From Eledone cirrhosa (taxonomy: Eukaryota): a DNA stretch of 64,000 nt. The notes beneath the pieces are model-generated. The model was not told where the DNA came from and ran no database searches. It worked only from the letters and a program-made list of their open reading frames with translations. Shown here piece after piece: positions 55,033 through 64,000 of the stretch. Position numbers and translations under genes: made by a program. The stretch spans positions 400,892,001-400,956,000 of the forward strand of contig OZ024740.1 in assembly GCA_964016885.1 (NCBI GenBank), read 5' to 3'. The stretch's first letter is position 1. Every line of letters begins with the position of its first letter.

Positions 55033-55440
55033 TCTTCTTCTTCTTCTTCTTCTTCTTCTTCCTGACAGGTTCGTGGGGGCAGACTCCTCAAACACTCCCT
55101 CCAATGGCTCCTGTCGGAAGCAATCGTCTCCAACTAATCCGGAAGGATCCCCAAGCGAGACCAACCAAGTTCATTGATGTTATCCAATCCCCTTGCTCGG
55201 GGTCTACCACTCGGTCTCTTGCTGTTTGGTTTTGCCCGTAAAATCTCTCCAGCAATTCTTTCCTGGGGCATTCTAACCACATTCCCCTAGTATCGGAGCT
55301 GTAGTCTCTCAATTCGGAGAAGTAGCAGCTCTAACTGACTTTCTGATTTCCGAGCTACGCACTCTATCGAGTAATGTTACTCCGTCGAACCTTTGAAGGA
55401 AATCCCTTTCGGTGGCTTGTATTCGCGATCGTATTCTTTC
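55033..55440 (-). mobile_element. RTE LINE 3' fragment with (GAA)n tail
   Basis: Near-identical to 18570-18978. Confidence 0.9.
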
Positions 55441-55459
55441 AAACAAATTAATCCTTCTA

Positions 55460-56650
55460 GAGTTATGGGGGCAGAGTCCTCAATTACGCCTTAGAGTGGA
55501 TCCTGTCAGAAGCAGCCCACTCTAATTGATCGAGCTGGAACCACAGAAAAGACCATCCGAGCTCATGGATATTATCCAGATCACTGGATCGGTGTCTCCA
55601 TTTGGGTTTCCTGCCGGGTGGTTTTGCCCGTAAAATATATCCAGAGATTCTTTCCCGAGGCGATCAAATATCATGTCCATAGTATGAGAGCCGTGATCTC
55701 TCAATACGTAGCAGTAGCGGCTATAATTGGAGTGACTTTCTGATCTCCGACCTACGAAGTATATGGAGTCACAGTACTCAATAGACCCTACGGAGGAGCC
55801 CCTTTTCAGCGGCTTGTATTAGCGGCACAACGGAGATCATCTTGTCTGCATATTCCAGCCGACTGATTTTACACCTGCCAGTCGTAATTCGACTTCCAGC
55901 TCGGCTATGCATGTCAATTTTGTTCATGAAAATAATGAACATAAGGAGGGACACTAAGCCCCAATTATCGGAACACTCGGGAATTCGAATAGAGACATCA
56001 GGACAGCTAGAAGCTGATATTCGATCCCATACACCTGCAGATCCTTTCACAGTTGGTCCCGAGAAACGTGGTCTTATCGAGGTCTACAAAAACGAGGGTA
56101 TACATCTTGTCAATACTCCCACGATTCATTGAAGATCTGCTGCAGTATTAATATTTGGTCGGTTTTGCTGCAACCGGGGCGGAAAATGCACTGTTCTTCA
56201 ACTAGTTTGGACACGACAATCTCCCTAAATCTCTCTGCCAGACACCTAGGAGGCTTACCAGTGAGATCCTCTGTAATTGGAACAGTACCTCTTGTTTCCA
56301 GAGGTCGTATACCCGGTACACAAGAGTCAGCCAGAGAATACTTCTCTATTTAAGGCTTTTAACACCTCAGACCGGATTTCATCTTCTTCCCACAGCGGAC
56401 TTGGCACATTTGAACTCTTTAACTGCTCTTGTGACCTTACTGTCTGAGAGATTAATCACCGCTCTTTCCGACAGAGCTGCTCTGGAAGTGAAGGGTCACA
56501 GGTGGTGGATAGTGATACGGTCACCAAATATGATGGTTCGTAAGCGGACAACTTCCGGACAAATATGCAACACCAGACCAGTACTAAACTACTTGGGGAG
56601 ATAGAGCAATAGGTGACACCAATAGCTCCCAAGAAAACTCTCACAGTCAT
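55460..56650 (-). mobile_element. Older, internally deleted RTE LINE
   Basis: Second diverged RTE C-terminus at 55460-55820; LSxLLFIIFMNKI and LEYADK (YADD-like) upstream. Confidence 0.65.
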
Positions 56651-58269
56651 GCGACGTAGACGCCGCTTCTAAAAATGCCTAGTCATTGCGGGTTTGACAA
56701 AGTATGAGATTGGTGACTAAGACCACCGAAACTGCAACTACAAGGGAGTGAGATGAGGAAAGTTAACTATACTGCATCGCCCTTCAAGCGGATTAACAAG
56801 GGACGCGTTCAGGCCTTAGGTAGAGGGGCCTGTTAAAAAATATACTGCAGTCCCCATTTCATGATTGAAAAGCTGGCTATGGGCCACCGACCTGTCGTCG
56901 AAGGGGTTGGATGGATGCACAAAGATTGCGTATTCAGAGACCCCAAGGATAGTTCGAAACGAAGCCAACCTTGAGAGTTTCAACCTGAAGATAAAGCAAT
57001 CGGGTGAAATGTTGTGATTTGCGCCATTCATTTCTTTATAGTGGAAAAGCGTGAAGAATAAACTGACTCATAAATTGTTGTTAATCTTTTCATCTAACTC
57101 TGTAAATGGAAAATTAATGGCTGTAAGCGTGTATTCTGGCAAACATGATGTTCCCTAATGCGTTAATAGCCGGATGTATATCGTACCTTGTAGCAGGCCT
57201 CGTTGGAAAACTGCTTTAATCAGGAAGCAGTGATAAACAATGGCATTATGCAAGTAAATATGGACCAGGAGGCAACTGACTGCGATGTTACATTATCCTC
57301 AGAGTGGCGATCTAATCTGAATATGTACAGCAAATGGATCCTGTGGATGGAGTTACAGAACAAATGAAATTTAATGCACAAGGCTCGCCCCTGAGATCAC
57401 GGAGTACTAATTTAGCAAAAATGCGACATAGGTTCAGAACACAATAACAACAACATAAGTTAGCTGCAGTCGAAATCGAACTTCGATCGCAAACATTTTA
57501 TCGGAAGATAACAACACTCGTTCCGTCTCTCACCGGAGAAATTAATGCAGTGATATTCTTCCTCTACGATAAGAAATTGATATTCTATCAAAGAAAGCAG
57601 TCGAATAATAATCTATAACATCCTTATTATATCTAAACAACAGCAGGTGAATTTTTTTCTAATCCTAACTGGAAATGAATAATTACTTTAGTCAAAATCT
57701 TTATATTAACGGCGTTTCATGAAGGATTTCTGAAAGACATCGGCCACTTATCATTCTCGTCTATTCGCCTCTATATAATTCGGTGATTGGTGTTACAGTA
57801 TGATTTGCTCCGAGATACAATCGTATCGATGTTTCGAAGGAACGAAGAAGTGGTCAACAGATATAGAGAAGAAATGTAAAAGAAAAACGAATGAAAGAAA
57901 AGAGAAAAGGTAGAAAAGAAAAAGAAAATAGATAAAATAGATGTTCTTTTGAAAGATATATTCGACATCCAGTCATTTGTCTGCCAACAAATGGCTAAGG
58001 TAAAGTGAGCGTTGTGTTTAATGATGGGGAAATATATATAAAGTAGTGGTCAAAAATACATAAATAAACAATACGTACGTTGATGAATGATCACAAATAA
58101 ATAGAGAATTTGTAACGGCATCGTCAATTCTAAATATAATGGCATTCAATGCAAGTAGGAATATCGAAGAAAAACTGGCGTGGCTTTTGGTGCTAATTAA
58201 TCTTTTAAAACGACTGTATATATGGGTCAGAGAACATTGACGGTTTTCAAATTTAACCCTCACATTTTG

Positions 58270-58321
<52 letters not shown>

Positions 58322-58328
58322 GTGTGTG

Positions 58329-58503
58329 TGTGTGACTGTGTCGGGACCCCGACGGCTGAGCTCTTACTGTTTCAACTAGCTGTTGAAACGGCAAGAGCTC
58401 AGTCGTCGGGGTCCCGACACAGTCACACATTCATATAACTTATTCATAAAACCATACTCTACTACCCCAAGTATCGAGTACTCTGGTGAGTAATGGTCTA
58501 ACC
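58329..58503 (+). mobile_element. Family B fold-back element (palindrome 58329-58429), interrupted by a MITE
   Basis: Right arm gaaac-ggcaagagctcagtc-gtc-ggggtc; tail actctactaccc.aagtat...tactctggtg matches 26970-27003. Confidence 0.8.
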
Positions 58504-59124
58504 CAGTGGTGGGCAAACCTTTTAAATCGGGGTCCACATTGACTGGGTCATTAACACCAGAGGGCAGCACCATTTATTATTGGATACAGTGTGCCAGTAA
58601 ATTTATTTTCTTCAGTTAGAATTTAGAAAATATAAAATATAAACTACATTATTATAATACATAAATTAATAAGCTGATTAAATAAAAAATATCTTAAAAT
58701 AAATTTTTTTTTTAATTTGTGTCTGTACATCACAACACATCCCAGAATAAGCAATTTAATGAGACAAATGCAACTGGTCACAATTTGTTACAATTTTTTT
58801 TAAATGAGGTACATGCAGGTTGGTGTCTGAAATCATGGATCTGTTCTTGGATTGTTTATTTTAAGACAGGAAAAACTCTGTTCACAGATGTAAGTTGACC
58901 CCAAATTAGAAAACAATTTGGCAGCAAACCTCAAACATGGAAATTTTCATCTGAAAGAGACTTGTAATAAAGTATTAATGGCATAGAATGAAACATTTCT
59001 TTCAGCAAGTTATCTGCTTGCATGTCAATTAGTTCAAGCTGTAATTATTATTTTATTTATTAATTCGCGGAATGCTTCCATGGGACGCAGAAAACTCCTA
59101 CGGGCCGTAGTTTGCTCACCACTG
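58504..59124. mobile_element. Non-autonomous hAT element, 621 bp
   Basis: TIR cagtggtgggcaaac / gtttgctcaccactg; TSD gtctaacc (58496-58503) / gtctaatc (59125-59132). Confidence 0.88.
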
Positions 59125-59375
59125 GTCTAATCAGTTTCTAACTGAATTCATCCTAAATTATATACATATATGTACATATGTGTGCGTGTACGTGTGCATG
59201 TGTGCGTGTGTATGTGTGTGTGTATGTGCGCATGTATATATATATTGGAGGTTGGATTTGTGAGTGCTTAATCGTTATATATATTTACTGTCCGCCTACT
59301 GGTTTCTATCTCTAAGCTGTGGTCAGTGGGGAACATTTGATCGACTTCAGCATTTCACTGCTTCTTCTTTGATAT

Positions 59376-59407
<32 letters not shown>

Positions 59408-59433
59408 CACCCACATACAAACACTCAAATAAG

Positions 59434-59537
<104 letters not shown>

Positions 59538-59949
59538 TATACACATATATATATATACATACATATATATATGTGTATAACTTGCGTTAAAAAAGCCGAA
59601 GTATACAATGTATTTGTATATGTTCACTTGAATGTATACAGTAGAGATGTAACCAAATCAGTGGATATGTGTATATAAATTTAAACATTGAGCATATATA
59701 CACGTATGTAAACATCCCCAAAAACATTTCCTGTCAAACGAGATTCATCTTTCAATTTACAGGGAAATATGCATATTTGGCATGTTTACATATCTATTCA
59801 CTCAAATAGTAAATTATAATTTTACGCTTTGAAAAAGCAACACCGATGATCAGTCCAGGAAATATCATTGAATTGAAGCAAAACAAGTAATTTTAATTTT
59901 CATTTCTTCTTCATGTTTTCTTTTTGATTTTTTTCCTCTTCAACTTTTA

Positions 59950-60008
59950 GCTGTCTGATGAGATCATAGCTGTTGCATAATAGTTATGGTCTAAATATAT
60001 ATATCAGC
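59950..60008 (+). ncRNA. Decayed hammerhead (G12>T) in a PLE-like 3' end
   Basis: gctgt-CTGATGA-gatcatagct...agttatggtc-tAAA-tatata-ta-tcagc; the tail to about 60150 has a ttgagtgctc motif like family A. Confidence 0.5.
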
Positions 60009-60186
60009 GATTGTATAATGAATAAATGAAGTAAATTCTAACCTGCTGAATTATTCTACATTGCTATAATTATACTCCGGAGTAAGCAGACCTACTTGTA
60101 TACTTCGTTGAGTGCTCTATTCTCAATACAATAATGTCGGCGATTAACTAACACATATTTTATCACACACACACACACACACACAG

Positions 60187-60252
<66 letters not shown>

Positions 60253-60839
60253 ATGTATATATATTTGTATGTATTAACTATCAGTAATAAAAGCAATTGC
60301 ACAGGAAAGAGATGAGTAATTTGGATGCATACCTCTGAATATGTGGGTATCAGTCTTAATTATTAGTTTGCTGTATCATGACTGACTGCAACAAACCTAG
60401 AGAAATAGAGTGGGCAGTTGAGGGAGGAAGAGTGAGGAAGAGAAAGATGTATGTATAATTGGTAAAAAAAAAAAAGATCTATGCTGAGGGCGCTGCTGTA
60501 CTCCATGTCATAATGCAGGGCTCGATGTTACATCAGGCAAAGAAGTAATTCTGTAGGTGTTTTGGCCTCTTCCACCGTGACACCAGAATTATTCAGGGCC
60601 TCACAACGATGTGGGTGAGGAAACCTCTGCATAACAGAACAATCTTAGGTGATTCTGATGTTGTGACCCCGTCAACCTCAACACATTAGAACAGCATGGA
60701 ATTCGATGTGTTTGCTGTTATGACTGAGCGAGGCATCTCAATGCGCCAGCACACTATTCATATTCTCCTTTGAGCCAGATATAGTAACTTGCTTTCTCAA
60801 CTGCCTGCGATAATTCCCTCGAAATTATTCATACTTCCT

Positions 60840-61100
60840 TTGCCGCCAGTTAAAGGCCCCCGAGGAGCGAGTCAACCTTGGTTCTGACAAATCCTAACTC
60901 CTACATCTATAGAGAAACATGACGCCTATCATCTGAAGATTTCACAGCGTCCAACCAGCTCACTGTCGTTCCTGCTGAATGAATCATCGATGTTCCCAAT
61001 ATACAGTAAGTTCCACCATTTTGACCACATTGACCACCTTACTCTTTTTGCCCCATAAGACGAGGTCGGATCTCTTGAGGGTAAAAGTCTTGACTCTTAT
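60840..61100 (-). pseudogene. Decayed RLE domain, HERO/NeSL-like non-LTR retrotransposon
   Basis: Minus strand translates LKRSDLVLWGKKSKVV...MVELTVYWE and later SIDVGVR, matching RPD.VLW...ELTVPWE...IEVG.RG. Confidence 0.65.
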
Positions 61101-61211
61101 AGTGACTAATAAGCAGTTTTCTCCATTACAAAACTGCCTCCTGTTCGTCTATGGTACTCGTGGTCTATGATGGTTGTTCATCCTCTGTATCCTTTCTACC
61201 ACAGCATCAGC

Positions 61212-61319
<108 letters not shown>

Positions 61320-62949
61320 CGTGTGTGTGTGTGTGTAATATTTATACTTTCGAATCTTATATATCTACCTACGTACGAATGACAGATTGTAGAAACAATA
61401 ATATGAATTGTAGCTATATAATATATCATAATAGAGAATATATGGGAGTTACAAATGGCCTGATGATATACAAAATTAATCTCCAGTGATTGTAAATTAT
61501 TTCTAACTTAAACAGGAGGCCTTTAACGTTTATTAAATGTCTAAATGTTTGAGATGAGTTATTGGTAATACGATTATTGTTAATAAGAATCTAATTTGAT
61601 GGTTCGTTTACCTCCTCTTTCTCGATATAACTAAAGAGAATGGACACACAAAAGAATAGAAATATTCCCCCACAATACAACTAGTAATATTCATCTCGCT
61701 TTTAATAGCCAGGGAAGAGTATATGTCTGGCGTCGCAAATATTGGAAACCTGCTTTTTAAAGAAATATCTACGTGCTTTCTGGACTTGCTAAAAATTATA
61801 GCCGCCAATTCCTTGTCAAATAAAATTCACCAAAGAGAAAAGTCATGAACAATGTAAAAATAACTATGTAAAAGAAAATACGCCGTGACCCATGCTAGAA
61901 GACATTGGATCATGTCTGCCCAATCTTGATTAATCCGAAGGTAAACAACAAAAGAAGCAATAACTATACCTTTCTATGTGAGTACATATCCAGTAACAGC
62001 AATGGAATATTGGTCGTCCAACACTATAGCGATATAGCTTATGCTGGATTGAAAAGGTATATATCATTTCAAATACATGTTTTGTTACAAGATATTTTCC
62101 TTCAAATTAGGTAATTTACAACGTGTCTTTAGTCTGCTATTCAACATAACCAACAGCGTTTGGCATAGGAACAAGGAGAAATACAACAAACGAAGAAATC
62201 ATAGTCTAGTCAAATGGGGTGTAACATTTTAATGTTATAGGCTTCGTAATCTAATATTTTATTAAATATGTGGAAAAGCTTTATATTTCAACTCAAACGA
62301 TATTAAGTCGAGGAAAAATGTTACAGAAAAAAAAATGCAATGAAAATAAACATATTTACAGAGGCACTTGAAATAACACCACACCGAAACTAAAGACTTC
62401 AGCGGAAAGTGTCTAAAGTAATTACATTAGGTAGCGGATTTACAAGGGTGATTATCGTTGAAGTGAAAGATAATAATTCATTGAACTACAGCTAGACATG
62501 TTGATGAAACATCATAATTTCTTGATATATTATAGGTTAATGAGATTTGGAATGTGACGTTGTGACACATATGCCTTTCACGAAAATATTTAGGAGGTAA
62601 ATGGAGTAAAGTCTGTCAGTTGATGGAGGAATGTTGCTCAGAGACAACCAAAACAGAAAAAGGAATGCACACTATTTGTTGGCTGCTTAAGATTCTCGTT
62701 TTGGAATGTATTTTGAGCTAAAAGACAGCTAGCTCTTAAAGTTAGTATTCATTGGTCGACAGAGGTGTGATGAAATATTTGCAGGAGTAGATTCTTAATA
62801 ATGATCACTTCATCCAAACGTCTACTCGTATCCATTCGGTCGTGTACGATCTACATGAACGTACCACCAAGATACAATCGAAGAAATTTTACACAGTGCA
62901 ACTATCTGAAATATATGAAAGTATCATTAGGTGATATGGTGAAAAGTGA

Positions 62950-63300
62950 ATAATCTGGAGACATTAAATAATGTTAAATAACTGCCTATCAGAGCATGAT
63001 GCACGAATACTTTGAGACTAAAAATATTAACTTAAGAAAGATGCAATATTCTCACCTGACATTACGCCAGCTCTTATCAAAGCCTTCTAAATCATTGCCA
63101 GATACCTTCAAACAATTTCTAAACATCTACAGTTCTGCTAGGAAAACCTTAGATGTATACAAACTAGTTAATGCTACGCACTCAATAAAAACTTCACTAT
63201 ATCGAAGAAAATAACAAAACCACTATAAAATCGGACTCAAGCATAGTCTTATACGTAATTTCTACAATAAACTGAAAAAGCCTATAATGTAATAAGCATA
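62950..63300 (+). pseudogene. Possible highly decayed PLE remnant
   Basis: YSHLTLRQLLSKP followed by DVYKL, similar to the PLE linker and GIY-YIG start; weak. Confidence 0.25.
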
Positions 63301-64000
63301 AGCTATGAAACACCAACCTCCTAATTTAGACGTTCTTTTCATCGCAGACTCTCAACAAAATTCAGCCTTCATAGTTCAAGATTGTCTAGAAAGGGCGCTT
63401 TCGGAATTTCCTTTAACAGATAATTTGAATGTTTAACCTGTATTCAGAATTCTTTATATAATATTTAAATTCCTCTTTACTTTTAAAATGTTCAATGTAA
63501 TATAAAAGATACTGCGTCGTTCTCTATGTAGCAGTCAGAGAATGACCAGTTGCGTTCAGGGAGAGAATATTCAGAAGATTTTTTTATGGCTCAAATTTAA
63601 CTGATCGAAGTCATTTCTGTGGTTACCAGGCATGAATATTCCAAGGAAACCTTTTTGAAGACAATTAGTAATTGATAAGTTGTGTTTTTAGTGTGTGTGT
63701 ATGTGTTTGAGTGTGTGCATGAGTATGTGAATGGCACTAGTATTTGCACGTTTATACCTGGTAAATCGGGAAATTAGGGGTTGGTAGTTGAATATCACAT
63801 TATATTTGTTATTAAATTCCTCAATTGAAAGTCTGTTTGATGTATACGGTGGGTATTTTAGTGACTATATGGCAGGTCCATTGTAAGTGATTTGTCTATT
63901 GTCTGTTGCAAATCTATGAACAAAGTATTTTTACAATGTTTTGTTGTTTTTTACGCGCGTTTCAACTTCAATATTATCAAGCAATACTGAAGCATCGTCA

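Overview
AT-rich, microsatellite-dense animal genomic DNA. The SINE family and repeat landscape point to an octopus or other cephalopod (inference). There is no intact host gene; one plausible 89-nt internal exon lies at 54257-54345. Most of the window is transposon debris: about 18 tRNA-derived SINE copies, RTE and CR1-like LINE fragments, two decayed restriction-like-endonuclease (RLE) retroelement ends, two hAT MITEs with 8-bp TSDs, and three Penelope-like elements (PLEs) with RT and/or GIY-YIG coding remnants. The notable signal is a hammerhead-ribozyme (HHR) centred system. (i) An ORF-less tandem array of ~460-500-bp units (41615-43470) carries one minimal type I HHR per unit, and its first direct unit starts at the predicted self-cleavage site, like a retrozyme. 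(ii) Each PLE has an HHR-like motif in its 3' end and an inverted copy of that end at its 5' side. (iii) About 8 short palindromes beside (TA)n tracts look like extremely truncated fold-back insertions of such ends, several turning inside or next to the HHR. All folds and alignments were read by eye; nothing was computed or searched.
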